A DNA stretch of 64,000 nucleotides from Lama glama (taxonomy: Eukaryota). Below, in pieces: positions 51,227 through 64,000 of the stretch; the first letter of the stretch is position 1; the number at the start of each line of letters is the position of its first letter. The translations under genes and the position numbers were made by a program. Under the pieces are notes generated by a model, which did no database searches, was not told where the DNA came from, and saw only the letters and a program-made list of their open reading frames with translations. The stretch spans positions 44,518,001 through 44,582,000 of the forward strand of contig CM052817.1 in assembly GCA_028534125.1 (NCBI GenBank), given 5' to 3'.

Positions 51227-52069
51227 TTTTTTTTAAATTAAATTATAGTCAATTTACAATGTTGCGTTAATTTCTGGTGTACAGCATAGTGATTCAGTTA
51301 TATATATATATATACCTATTCTTTTTCATATTCTTTTCCATTATGGTTTATTACAAGATATTTAATATAGTCCCCTGTGCTATACAGTATGACCTTGCTG
51401 TTTATCTATTTTATGTATAGTAGTATGTATAGTATGACCTTGCTGTTTATCTATTTTATGTATAGTAGTATGTATCTGCAAATCCCAGACTCCCAATTTA
51501 TTCCTCCCCATCTGCATTCCCCCTTGGTAACCATAACTTTGTTTTCTATGTCTGTGAGTCCGTCTCTGTTTTATAAATAAGTTCCTTTGTGTCCTTTTTG
51601 TTTTTTTAAGATTCCACATGTAAGTGATATCACATGGTATTTTTTCTTTCTCTCTGTGGCTTACTTCACTTAGAATGATGATCTCCAGGTCCATTCATGT
51701 TGCTGCAAATGGCATTATTTCATTCTTTTTTATGACTGAGTAGTATTCCATCGTATAAATATACATTTTCTTTATCCAGTCATCTGTCAATGGATATTTA
51801 GATTATTTCCTTGTCTTGGCTATTGTAAATAGTGCTGCTATGAACACTGGAATGCATGCACATTTTCCAATTAGAATTTCCTCCAGATAAATGCCCAGGA
51901 GTGGGATTGCTGGACCACAGGGTGTCTATTTTCAGTTTTTTAAGGACTCTCCATACTATTTTCCATAATGGGTGCACCAAATTACATTCCCAACAGTGTA
52001 GAAAGGTTCCGTTTTTACCATACCCTCTCCAGCATTTATTGTTTGTGGACTTTTTAATGATGGCCATTC
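51227..52069 (-). mobile_element. Truncated L1 with an internal 45-bp tandem duplication
   Basis: [38 protein letters not shown]. Perfect 17-bp TSD tgacaaatttgatttct at 51210-51226 and 52070-52086. Confidence 0.95.
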
Positions 52070-52869
52070 TGACAAATTTGATTTCTGTCCCATTTGGGTC
52101 GGACTTTGACTGGCAGGAAACATAAGCCTCATCCTCCTTGAATCTTGCTCTCTCACCATGTCTTCTGGCTTTGAGGCAGTAAAACTGGGCCAGACATAGG
52201 GAAGAAACCACTTATCTTAGGAAGGATGGAAACGCCTCTGCCCAGTGGCATCTGCTAGACAGCTGGTCACTGAGTGAAGGGAAGTGTGTGAAACCCAGGG
52301 CCCAGGTTTTTGCTTCACACATGTTGTCTTTATTGTCACAACCTTCATACAAAGTGGGGATGACTGTCTTCACTTCCCAGAGGAATAAAAATAGTAAAGC
52401 ACAGGTGAAGGCAGTGAGCCCCACCCTCCCAGTAAGGGGCAGGGTTGCAGACCAAGTCCTGTCCAATTGCAAACCAGTGCCCGTTACCACCAAACAGCAC
52501 TGCCGCTGGAGTGGGGATCAGAAAGGAACCCCAAGCTCCAAGTGACAGGGGACTGCAGAGGCCCTGACTCCAGTGAAGCTTGCAGGAGCTGAGGGCACAG
52601 TGAAGGGCGGGCCCTGACACGAGGAGCATCCTGAAAGACAGGCTCCCAGGACCTAACCCCCAAGGGAGGGCTGGAGACAAGACCTCACTGAGGGAGGACT
52701 GGGCACAAAGGGCGGAGGGCGTCCGGTCAATCTCATTTCACAGCGGGGAGAAACCCTTCCAGAAGGAGCCTTCTTCAGTGGGAGATGCAGGTGAAAAGAG
52801 CAGTTCAGTCTGACAAGGAGACTCTTGACCATAAGGGCAGTGAAGAGGAGCCCAGCCTGTCCACCCCAA

Positions 52870-53100
52870 TGAACTCTTTTTTCTTTAAGCATAAAGGAGG
52901 TTTATTGGCTCACACAACCAAAAAGAGTAGGGTCTCACTGGATCTGACTGGATCCAGGGGTTCAAACAATGTCCTCAGGAATCTGCCTCCATCCTTGGTC
53001 CGGCGTCCCTCTGAGTTGCCTTGACTCCCAGACAGGGGGTCAAGGCAACTTGATGCTAATGGTGGCTTATGGCTGGCCAGATTGTATCGAATCAGCTTTA
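52870..53100. mobile_element. Old MaLR LTR (MLT1K/L-like) fragment
   Basis: ttaagcataaaggaggtttattggctcacacaacc...ctggatccaggggttcaaacaatgtc. Confidence 0.6.
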
Positions 53101-53389
53101 AAACCTCAGCTGACAGACAGTGCTCCTCCGTGAACTCTTAATGCAGGACAAAGAACTAACGCTGTCCAGTGACATCATTCATAACAGCTGACATTTATAC
53201 AGCAACTTACTACGCCAGGGAGAGATACTGTTAACACATCCGTTTTATGGTTGATAAAACTATGTTAGAGGTTAAGGCACTTGACTAGCAAACGCTAAAG
53301 CTGGGATTCAGTCAGGCAACCTGGCTCAGGGCGTGTGTGCCCATCCACCGCGCCACACAGCTGCCCTTGTTTTCACTGGGTATGTTCTG

Positions 53390-53620
53390 CTTCACAAATA
53401 TTCAGTGTGTACACACCATGTGCCAAGAACCATTCTAGGCACGGGGGATACCACACTGAACAAAATCCCTGTCATCGAGGAGTTTATAATCTAATGAGAG
53501 GAAACAGAATGAAAAATGAAAAATAAGAGGTGTTGGGGCTACAGCAGGAAGGGGGTTGCAACTGTGACTGTCTGTGCAGGGAAGGCTGACGTTTGAGCAA
53601 ATACCTAAAGGGAACCAGGG
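53390..53620 (-). mobile_element. L2 fragment
   Basis: acaaatattcagtgtgtacacaccatgtgccaagaaccattctaggcacggggga...ggagtttataatctaatg. Confidence 0.7.
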
Positions 53621-54267
53621 GCAAGTCAAAAGGGTAAATCAACCATTTCAACTTACTTTGAAAAAAAAAAAGTAAGTAGTATGCAGCCACTAGTGAAAAA
53701 CAATGATTCTCATTCATCTTTTGCTCCTTTAAGTTATGAGGGGGAAGGACAGACGGTTAGGAAAACATCTCACTCCCGTGACAAATCCATGAAAGACGGT
53801 TTCAGGTGTCCAGGGTCTGCAGGTCCTGCTCATTTACCATCAATAAATAACAACGGCTGATTCCTAAGAGACCCCTTTAAAGAAACATTCCAAAGAATCC
53901 TTTTAAAATCCTCCTTAGAATCACAGTCTTCATGAAAACAACATAGCAACCTTCCCACATAAACAATAAACACACTAACCAAGCAAGCATCCTCAAGAAT
54001 AATTTCACACCTCCCACCCACTAAGTAAACAGCATCAGACAGGAGTCTGACAGCAGAATAAGGATGAAGTGGGAAAACTGCATTTTTCAAATGCACTGAC
54101 AAACTGTACAGCCGATCCAGCAGCTAGCGGAGACAGAGCGACGTGGGACTCGAGACCAGGCAGGCAGTGGAACAGACATTTTAGTGACAGAGGGAAAAGC
54201 ATAAAAAGACTGGTTTTAGAGGTATAATTTTACCAAGGACACATAAGACTTCAAATCTGCAACATGC

Positions 54268-54808
54268 AGTCCCACTCTTGGGCATATATCTGGAGGAAAC
54301 TCTAGTTCAAAAAGATAACATGCACCCCAGTGCTCATGGCAGCACTATTGACAATAGCCAAGACAGGGGAGCAACCTAAGTCATTTTAAGTGAGGTAGGC
54401 CAGAAAGAAGAAGGAAAATACCATATAAGATCACTTACATGTGGAACAACAACAACAAAAGGACAAAAATGAACTTATTTAGAAAACAGAAACAGACTCA
54501 TAGACAGAGAATAAAACTTATGGTTACCAGGTGGGTAAGAGGGGGAGGGGGAGAGATAAATTGGGAGTTCGGGATTGCAGACAATAACTACTATATATAA
54601 AATAGATAAACCACAAGGTCTCACTGTAGAGCACAGGGAACTATATTCAATATCTTGTAACAACCTATAATGAAAAAGAATATGAAAAGGTATATATATA
54701 TGTGTATAACTAAATCACTATGCTGTACACCAGAAATTAACATAACATTTTGTAAACTATCTACACTTCAATAAAAAAAATAAATTTTTTTAAAAAATAA
54801 AAAATAAG
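54268..54808 (+). mobile_element. Truncated L1 with an internal deletion
   Basis: gcagtcccactcttgggcatatatc...gcaacctaag|tcattttaagtgag, skipping the segment present in the sibling copies, then 3' UTR and A-rich tail. Confidence 0.9.
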
Positions 54809-55018
54809 AAATTGCCACACACTAGGATGCCAGAGGTAACAGAACCATGAGAAGATAGGTAGCAACAAACACATATTTGAGGTCACCGCTTTAATTGGCA
54901 ATGGTCAAAGGGAAAAGAACCTTAAGGGTCACGTCAAGTCACACAGACCAGGGGTTTCTCTGCCTTTGGAAGGGTAAGCACTGCATAGGATTCTTAGTGT
55001 TTCCAGACATATACTTTA

Positions 55019-55120
55019 TTATTTTTTTTGTCTTTTTTTAAACATTTTTTCCCTGTGCTATACAGTATAATCTTGTTTATCTATTCTACATTTTGAAATC
55101 CCAGTCTGTCCCACCACCAA
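55019..55120 (-). mobile_element. Short L1 3' UTR fragment lacking the normal terminal segment
   Basis: The reverse strand reads gggacagactgggatttcaaaatgtagaatagataaacaagattatactgtatagcacagggaaaaaaa. TSD acatatacttta at 55007-55018 and 55121-55132. Confidence 0.85.
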
Positions 55121-56088
55121 ACATATACTTTAAGTCTCCTGCCAGGACCTTGCTAGGACACCTGTGATTTTGGAGCATTTATAATTAAATAAGATGTAAA
55201 AATATATAATCCAGAAGGAAAGGGGTCAGCAAAATGCGGAATTACCCAGAACAGGACAAAACAGCCTCAAAGCTCTGATGTAGCATTAAGGAGATGTGTG
55301 GTGGGTGGTACTTAACAACCTTTCCAAAAACCATTTCTCTACCCCTGGGTCCCAAGAAATGGGGGACTGACACTAAAGCTATCCAAAGTGTGATTTTTCA
55401 AAACCAGGGGCAGATGAGTAGATGAATATTCCATGAAGATGCTCACACCTTGTTTCACTCCAGGACCTCTTGACATTGTCTTCACAGACAACGTCCCATG
55501 AGACTGAATAAGTTCAATGGCATCAAGCCATCCTTCTTTCATGGTTTGTTTCATGGCATCATCCAGGAATGGCATGCAGAGTGAACATGGCAACAGCAGC
55601 GTGATGGGGATGGTTCCACCCGTTCAAAACGGCTGGATGGTCCCAACACCTGCTGGTAAAAATGAACTCCTGGAGCAGCGGCGTGTGACAACGGCTCAAG
55701 TCACAGGTGTTCTCAGGGAGGGTCAGACAAGTGCTCCCCTGCCCACGCCCATCTGTCAGTGGAAACATCACTTGATGAGCTTTTTAAAAACGACACCTCC
55801 ATATAGCAGTAATGAGAAACAGAGCTCACAGAAATGCACGAGCAGAAGCCACTGCTGGGAGCAGCCAGTCCCCACAGGTGGTCCCAAGACCTCACCAGGG
55901 GCTCTGTTTTTGCACTTTAGTTGCCCCCAGTCACAAGGCTCTGCTCCACTCGCTGCCTGTCTTGACTGGCTTTTGATTCTCTTCCCGCTGCTATCCTCAT
56001 GCCCCCTTCCATTCTGCGTGTCTTTCTTTCCCCTCTTAGTTTCTACCTACTTGTTGTTTCTCTTTATCACTCAACTCACAGCTTAAAC

Positions 56089-56266
56089 CAGTGGTTCTCA
56101 ACCATCACTGCACATTAGAATCACCTGAGCAAGTATAAAAATGTGCAATGCCAGGCTACACCCTACCCCAATTATAACAGAATCTTTGCAGGGTGGTACC
56201 ATCAGTTTGTGTGTTATTAACTCCTTAGGGAATTCCAAAGTGTAGTCAAGTTTGAGTCGAACCAGC
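56089..56266. mobile_element. MER5-family DNA transposon
   Basis: cagtggttctcaaccatcactgcacattagaatcacctg...cagaatct...aagtttgag. Confidence 0.8.
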
Positions 56267-57568
56267 TTTAAGCCACTTTGATGCAAGGATGCAGAATTAC
56301 AAATGTTTGACTCATATCCTAAATCAGAATTATCCATCCAAACTTATTTATTTTAGCTAATACGCCCACATTTAGAACTAGGGGAAAGGATTCCACATAA
56401 ATTTTGTGTGATCTCAGAACTCAGATTTCATATCCTCCACAAAGGCTCAGGCAGATATGTGAGTGCCATTCCTTAATGACTGGGCATGGACTGGTGGCTC
56501 CTGCTTGGAATACATTTGTCTGAAGTAAAACCATGTTATCCCAGGAATGAAACCAGGTCTTTTATCATCAGACCTCCTTCCTGGGGAACAATACGGCATT
56601 CCTTTGTAGGGCCAGTGTTAACTGCGTAGCCAGTGAGCATATGTAACCCAATGAATAAAAATAGCAGTTATCATTATGTGTTGCAGGAAAAATGTCCCTT
56701 TTCTCATTACAGTAAGGGAGTCTTATTGCATACCTCTTAGGAAACCTAATAACGTGTTACATGAATTTTCCACGGGAAGGAACAACTGGTTAGGAAATCA
56801 GATACTGTACTTCTAGACAGTGACATTCAAACCTAAGACTCCAGGGAAGCCCAGAACTGCTCTGAGTATGATCCCAGCAGGATTGAAATGCCTCCTCAAA
56901 GCCTCCTGAGCGAATTCCCATGATGCCAGGCCTCCTGGAAACGTTCCTGGGGGTCGAAGGCCACTGCAGCTGCCTCCTTCCCCTCCTCTCAACCACTTGC
57001 TCAAGTGGAAAAAATGTTGAAAGGGTAAGTTACCACAGTTCTCAGATAGCCTGATTCCCCTCTGGGAAAGTCTAATCCTGGGTCCTCAGATGGGATGCAG
57101 ACGCAGTTTGGGATTTGTATTCATGTCCCGGGTATCAGCCAGTCTTTGCTCAAAGGAAGAATCACAGAGAGCAGAAGAGTGAGGGACAAGTGAAGTAATG
57201 GTGGGGGGCAGTAGCGGCTGAGAGGGTCATCCCAAGCGTTAGGGAGGTATGTGGAGAAGGGAGGTATCACTCGAGATGTCAAAAGCTCCCAACACATGAG
57301 TCAGAGTCACACTGCCGCCATATTGGCTGCCACCACTGCTCAGTGATCTCCTCGGAGGACACCGGTACTCACACGCCCCTACCTGCACCTCCACAGAGGG
57401 CTTAGCCATAGAGCACAGCATGGAGCCCCTTTTTATATCTTGAGAGGCAATTCTTGGAACTTACAGGGGACAAACATCTTCCAAATTTGGATTCTGTGTC
57501 CAGGTGAGGTGGAGGAGGCCACATCTATGTGCACGTAGTGAGTACCTGGAGCTTCAGGAAAAGTTTTA

Positions 57569-57750
57569 GGGGGTAGGGGGCAGAGCTCTGTGGTAGAGCA
57601 CACTTGGCCTGCATGAGGTCCTGGATTCAACCCCTAGTGCCTATGTTAAGGGAAAATAACAACAACAAACAACAACAACAATAACAATAACAATAAATAA
57701 ACTAATTAAGCATTTAAAAAAGAAAATAGTTAAAAAAAGAAAAGAAAGAA
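57569..57750 (+). mobile_element. tRNA-derived SINE, camelid type, with a (CAA)n/A-rich tail
   Basis: gggggcagagctctgtggtagagcacac...gaggtcctggattcaacccctagt...aataaaactaatta. Confidence 0.8.
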
Positions 57751-60700
57751 TGGTTTTGCAATTGCCTATCAAAAGTTTATTGTTCCTTTTCTATTTGTCC
57801 TCAACTCCTGCCTGCCCACGAGAGCTGTCTTTTGACATCATAATTTCCCCAAAGGCCAAATGTTGTGCTGTCTAAAGAACATTGCCTTTTCAAATCACTC
57901 AGCCTGTGTTACATGTGCCCACATAACCTAACCACTCTATTCAATGGGACAAAAATGCAACAGGAAATGAAAGACACTTGCCTTGAGAGCCCCCTTCTGC
58001 AGTTGGAGGGTCCTTTTCCTTAGCTCAGCCTCCCACCAAGGTGCTCTGATGTGTTTCAGAATCAGAACCCTTCCTACTCAAGTTTTCCAGAAAACATGGT
58101 CTTTTTTTTTTTTCTTTAAATCTCCATTCTGAACTTGGGCCTAGTTGGCACTGTCTTTAAAACACTTCCTCTTAGCAAAAAGGTTATAATCAGAACTTTA
58201 AAACCCTATGTTCTCATTTACAGAAACAAGTCAAATTAGCACATTAAATAGAACCATCATAAGAGAATGCAGTCGAGTGAATGTTCATGAGCTGAGACTG
58301 TATGGTAGAAGCTTCTCATGGAATAAGGACTCTATTTTATTCCAATGAACCATTTTCATATACACTATCTTATTTCACTCTTACAGCAGCTCGGCAGGGA
58401 AGATATTATTACTATTCTCTACTTTAAGAAGAAACTTAGTCTCAGAGAGACTGAGTTGTGCTCGTGGCACCACGGCCAGAACACAGCCCCGCTGCGATTG
58501 GAATCCTAACAATACAGACTTCTCTTCCCATGCTGTTCACCACCTCCCAGCTGAGCACTGGCAACTTGGTGCCATGCAGTCTTGTTTAGAGGTTGCCAGT
58601 TTATAAGGGGGCAAAAACTAGATGCTTTTTATGTTCTAGAAAAGTTTCAACCCTCCCTTCAAACTTCATTGCTTTAAAAACAGGGAGTTCTGCTCAATTT
58701 ACTTTTTAAAGCTCTTATTGAACTGTTTCTTTAAGCTGCTTTAAAATAGTTAAAAAGAGACATTAGGTGGTTAATCAGAGTAAGATGCTTTAAGAATATA
58801 AATGCTTTTTAAGGGAATAGAATCAGTCAGGTGGTGGGAAGGTAGGTGGCAAAAAAGTGTGAAGGATGTGGGGAGGGGATAGTGATAATATCGAAGGAAT
58901 TGTGTTCTTTCATAAACTGTAACCCTGAGTTGGAAAAGGAACTGGTTTGCAAAATTCTTCTTTTTAATTCATAATATTAAAAGCATTCCGCCCAGAACCA
59001 GATACTTCTTTCAAGATCACTAACTTGCAAATCCTTGGCGAGTTACAGTCTCACAACTCAATCTAGATGTGAAAAGGTCATAGAAACCTGAGACGGAGGT
59101 AGCACATGTGTGAGCACCCATTCCATTCCATTCCAATAATGTCATCTCACCCTGTTATAAAAAGAACGATTCTGCTAACCCTCAGAAATGTGGGACGGTC
59201 TATTCATGGGCCCAAGGGTGGTGGTGAACTTAATTTCATCGCCACTTGTGTTAGGAGGGAGGCAGCAGCTGTAAGGCAACAAGTAGTTTTATTTCCAGAG
59301 GCTGATGGAGAGCCTCGAGTAAGCTGGGGGCACAAAGCAGTGAAATGCACTTCTTCTCAACTCCCCAGGAAGTTCAAGGTCAGTGGGGAATCGGGGAATC
59401 GCCTCTCATTTAAGTTTTTCCTGGCTGAATTAAAACTCAGTTTATTTGGGTTTTCTTTTTTTTTTCTGTTTTTTAAGAATCACAAATATTTCTATTTAGT
59501 GAGAATATGTCCATTTCTCCTTCTAAATGAAGGAGGTAGCTGGATGGAAAGCACTAGCTCACTGCTTGAGATGTCAAGAGGCTCCAAGACCTACTTCTCA
59601 GAGATCTCCTTTCTCACGTTGGCTCCATTAGCACGTGGCCTTGGGGGAGCCACTACACATCTCTGGATGCTGGTCCCTCATTTCTACCTCCAGGCAGAGC
59701 CATGGGCTGAAAGTGACAAGACTTAGATTCTCACTCTGGCCCCCACTAATTCTGATTATTCAATTCAGGACAGGAATCTGAGTTCCAACACAAGGCAAGT
59801 CAAAGAGCCTGGGAGTACACATATTTTAGGCAAATGTTTACTCAGTGTTGCATTTTTTTGTTTTGTTTTATTTTTTTAAATTAATTTAACCCTCCTCTCT
59901 CATCAATCTCACTTTTCCCAATAAAATGTGATCTACTTTTACTTCCCCTTTTCCTTTTCACACACACACATATTCATTCAATCAAATAAAAAATAAAAGT
60001 TCCCTTACAACACATCAACTCATAGACAAATTGAATGGGAAGGAGAGAAGCTATATCAAATTTGCAGGGATGGTGGAAAGGTTCAAGAGTAAGATTTCAT
60101 TTTAAAAGGGGTTTTCCCACCCTCTGTTTAGTGTTCTGAATCAGACATGGTGCCTCCTGTACCCAGAAAGTTCATTTCCCTATCCAGCCTTCCCATTCAG
60201 CAGGACCTCCTATTGTATGCTATGTTCTAGAGATTAAGATGGGCTTCTTTCAAGAAGTAATTTACTCACAAATATGCAATTTATTTTCAGGAGAGCTCAT
60301 GCTTTAATCACCACACTTTACATATTGAACGTACATTTTTCTCACTTAATCCTCACAACAATCCTTTGAGGCAAGAATCAAATAGATCAAATCACTTGCT
60401 TTCCAGGCAGGTCAAACCTGCCTCACCATCTCATGCATCCTTTCTCCTTGGAAGAATGAATCAGACTTTCAAATGGCTTCCATGAGCCTTGCAAAAAAAC
60501 AAAAATAATAATAATAATAATTACCATGAAATATACCCCAAAACTTTTCTTTGTCAAGCCAACCATTGATACCAAACTTAGGAGTAGGATAGTATTTGAC
60601 AAAAACAGCACCTTGATGCAGTAGGCTGAGAGGTTGGATTTGCCAGGAAACATGGGGGTTGTGGGCATCCTTATCGGGATTACAGATCCATTGGTTACAA

Positions 60701-62799
60701 TGCCTTTCTGACGATCTGATTCAGGACAGGAATCTGAGTCCCAGCTCCTGGCAAAAACACGAGGTTAGACGCACACCCAGCGATTACTCTCAACAGCCTG
60801 TTCTGAAGGAGAAATGTAGCCTCTGATTTTTAAAATTTAAATTGTAGGTTATCTCTGAACAGCAGTGCGTACTCTTTGGACTAAAAGCACCTTACATCAC
60901 CATCAGGGATTTAAATTAAACCTGAAGACCTTTCCCTTTGTCATTAGTTTCCATTCTAAAGGTTACTGGTTCTAGGACGCGCATTTTACACCTATCTAAA
61001 TAAAGTCTCTGCTGATTTTAGAGAGGGTTCAGAGTATTTCAGAGTATTGACTCTTATTTGTGTACATGTCTGCTTTCCTAATATACAACCTTTATACTGC
61101 CCTTGCATTCACAAAGGTTTCTCCTCCAACTGGAAGATGTTTGTTTTTCTTCTTGAAGGTCTTTTCTTTGGCTTCCTTCTTATTTTATCATTTCTTCCCC
61201 ATTTATCCCCCACTAGTTGCAGACCTTCCCTCCCTGTGCACTCGGCAGCAGACACATTCTCTGTTCTTGCAGCACACAAATCACCCCTCACTCCCTCCCC
61301 TCAGAGGACTAAACTTTGCCTTCTTTATGGGTCAGCAGACCTTCTAAGGTCACTGACCCACAACTCACTTGAGACTTTGCATTTCTCTTGTCACTGTAGC
61401 CTTTTAAGAAGGTGTTTTTACTTTTGATTGTTTTTGGTCACTGGGTAAGATACCCTCAAAACTTATGTAAACACCTCCACTCTGCTCCGCATTCTTGGCA
61501 TATTTATGTTGGATGTGGAAGCTGCCGACATGAGGTGTCACCCTCACCCACCCAAAACCAGCTTTAAGAGAAAAAGAGGCAGGTACAGATGGAGTTCCTG
61601 GTATACACATATTTACTACATAAATGATTTCTCCAGGAAACAGATTCCCCCAATTACGTTTCCTGGAAGCCACCTCCATCTTTTTTAAAAGACAGAGATC
61701 ATTTAGGGGAAAAAAAGGAAAGCTAGTAAATGAACTATCACAAGTCACCCTGTCAGAATCAAATGGAAGGAGATGAAATCTCTGGACATGACAAGTGCCA
61801 AGGTATAAAGGTAAGACTTCTCCGGAAAGTGACAGACAGGTCTATTAAATACAAAGTCAGATTAATCCAGAGTAAAAGGGCTTCTACCCAGTTCTGTGAA
61901 AGGGAGGGGAGGAATGTCAATCCATGTCCACCAAGGCATGTTCATGAATCCTCATTGCTAAGTATGTGTGAGAAGTAAAGACTGCCTCCTTGTCCTCAAA
62001 CTTGGGGAGTTCAACTATAAAAATCAACACATAATAGATGAGATAAGACATATTCAAAAGGCATCTTAGAGACAAAATGTTTCCCACAGCAGCCGCATAG
62101 AGAGCAAGGACTCTTCAGTAACCTTATCGATCACATTAGCATATCTAAAGAAAGAATGTGTCAATCAGAAAGGGATTTGGTGTGGACGCAGGGAAGAAAT
62201 GAGATTGGAGAGGAGCGCTTTGGCAGAAGGATTCCCTGCCGTCCAGAGGGGAAAGGGCCCCGATTCAGCAGTGCCAGTGTCTGGCCCGCTTGGCAGACAC
62301 GTCTCTAATGGAAAGATGGGCCATCTGGCCATCCGCGCGGATGCCCGCACACTCTGGTGCCTCAAACCACTCCTCACCCTGAGTCTGAGAGCACCACGCA
62401 GCCTCCTGACCTAATTATGGTCAGACTTCCTATTTCATTTTCCTGTGGGTATAACATAGTATACTGAGTTTTGGTCCATGTGGGATACTTGTTTCACTTG
62501 GGGCTGTCTTTTCCAAAATGAGTTAATGCTTTGACATTGTGGGGTATAGCCTTCAATTTCCTGTGAGTTTAGATAATGTGAATTAACATTCCTAAATTCC
62601 ATGAGATCCTGGGCACTGTTATGACCAGTTCTGCACCTGTAAGTCTGGGGACTAGCCCTTTAATGGTGGTAAATTCACCAACGGAATAAAGTTGGGGGGC
62701 ACGTCTCAATAACCAGACATCCAGCATGTTTGGCAATATGGCAATATGGCAATATTCCATTTGCCACATGCCTCTCTAACCCAATCCAGGATAATTATG

Positions 62800-62980
62800 C
62801 TCAAATATTGCACATTTCCTATGTACTTATACTTTACACATTAAATCCTCATACTGCCCTTTTGAGGCAGGAATTATTATTTCCTATTATTATTTTATAA
62901 ATGAGAAAAATTGAGGCTTAAAGGGGCCCAAAGTCACATAATTTGCAAGTGACAAGGCCAGTTTTCAACCCCAGGACTGT
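62800..62980 (-). mobile_element. MIR SINE
   Basis: ttaaatcctcatactgcccttttgaggcagg...tataaatgagaaaaattgaggctt. Confidence 0.75.
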
Positions 62981-63434
62981 CTGTTTCCTGTTCTGCTAGA
63001 AGAAGTAATTCAACTTTCATGTCACCATCAACTAGAAGGCATAACCAGAACCCAGCATGACTACTTTTCATAGCAGGAAACAGGACAGTCCTCTCCAGAG
63101 GTTAATTGATCACCAGAGTCCCAGCAAAACACATCGGGAGCGTAGATTCTGCTGTCAGTCCTCAACAGATAAATGCCAGTGTTCTCAGGCTGGGCTTTGA
63201 GTTTCAATATCAAAGTGAGTCCACAACTCTCAACATTCTTGGACACATGGAGCAGGTCAAATGGTTCTGAGCCTTCCTACCCATCTGTGTGAGCAACTTG
63301 CCACCATGCTTGGGATGACTTCTTGCTTTACTCAAATCTTGACCCACAAAGAATGGGCTTATGTCTAGAGTTGGCCAATAATAACATAAATAACAGCAGC
63401 AGCATCTGTGGTTACCACGAGTTACCACTAGAAT

Positions 63435-63615
63435 ATTTCACTTAACCATTCTATTCACCTTGTAAAGTGGGTATTCTAATCCCCATTTTAAAATATGGAA
63501 ACTGAATACAACAAGGCTAAGTAACTTGCCCAAGATCACACAGCTGGAAGATGGCAGCCCTAGAATTTGAACCCAGGTCTGATCTGACTCTGGTGACTAT
63601 GCTTTGAGCCACTCT
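63435..63615 (-). mobile_element. MIR SINE
   Basis: ccccattttaaaatatggaaactga...aagtaacttgcccaagatcacacagctgg...atttgaacccaggtct. Confidence 0.88.
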
Positions 63616-64000
63616 GCTTCACTGGCCACCAGAGAAGCAAGGTCTGGTTAGATGGCCCTGAAGGGAAACCAGACACAGTCCAGCACACTGAGGAGAGTCA
63701 CTAGAGCCTGGGGACATGGCGGGACCACACCCACGGCTGTTTTTATGCTTGTGAGGAGGGGTAGTTCCCCTGAGCAAGGGCTCACTCAGTAGACTTTGAG
63801 GAATGAATGAATGCAGAAGTGAATGGTCCCCTAAGAGACTGTCTGAGGCATGATGAGAAGACTAGCTTGTTTTTCACATCTTGCAAATGGAGTGGCTTGA
63901 TTAAAGACTCTTAAAGTTTCAGCCAACTAGAACATTCTCAAATATGATAACATGTAGTTGCCATGGGAGGCAGCCCAAACCTGATTAATGAAGAACTATC

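Noticed and set aside
55339..56086. 189-aa plus-strand ORF and overlapping minus-strand ORFs, considered as a possible processed pseudogene
   Set aside because: No protein family recognised in any frame, and no poly(A) tail or TSD seen. A TBLASTX search would settle it.
59106..59726. Longest ORF (206 aa)
   Set aside because: No recognisable domain, it runs through a poly-T tract (FGFSFFFLFF), and its composition is what non-coding DNA gives by chance.
1..64000. Novel multi-gene system, CRISPR array, snoRNA/miRNA gene, or a named host gene
   Set aside because: The DNA is eukaryotic, repeat-rich and non-coding, with no repeat-spacer array, no recognisable coding exons and no well-formed RNA-gene structure that I could support. 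L1 strand bias (about 10 plus versus 7 minus) is too weak to fix host-gene orientation.

Overview
This is mammalian, moderately AT-rich, essentially non-coding DNA (intronic or intergenic). The tRNA-derived SINEs and the LINE-1 3' ends look most like a camelid (alpaca, llama or camel). That assignment comes from recalled repeat families, not a database search. I recognise no host protein-coding exon, and the only ORFs with real protein similarity are LINE-1 ORF2 C-terminal remnants. The window holds many 5'-truncated L1 copies, several with readable target-site duplications (TSDs), plus five lineage-specific SINEs and many ancient MIR, L2, MER, MLT and MADE relics, some nested. The best functional candidate is a small CpG-enriched promoter-like region at about 35.1-35.7 kb with splice donors pointing outward on both strands. 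Several transcription-factor motif clusters look like enhancers. The most unusual items are: a 153-bp poly(A)-tailed non-repeat retro-insert with a perfect 18-bp TSD (24.8 kb); an L1 with a tiny 5' inversion; an L1 missing its terminal 3' UTR; a 60-bp L1 stub; and a ~50-bp non-repeat element duplicated 956 bp apart (59.7 and 60.7 kb). I found no evidence for a novel multi-gene system, CRISPR array or RNA gene, and I could not identify the host gene.
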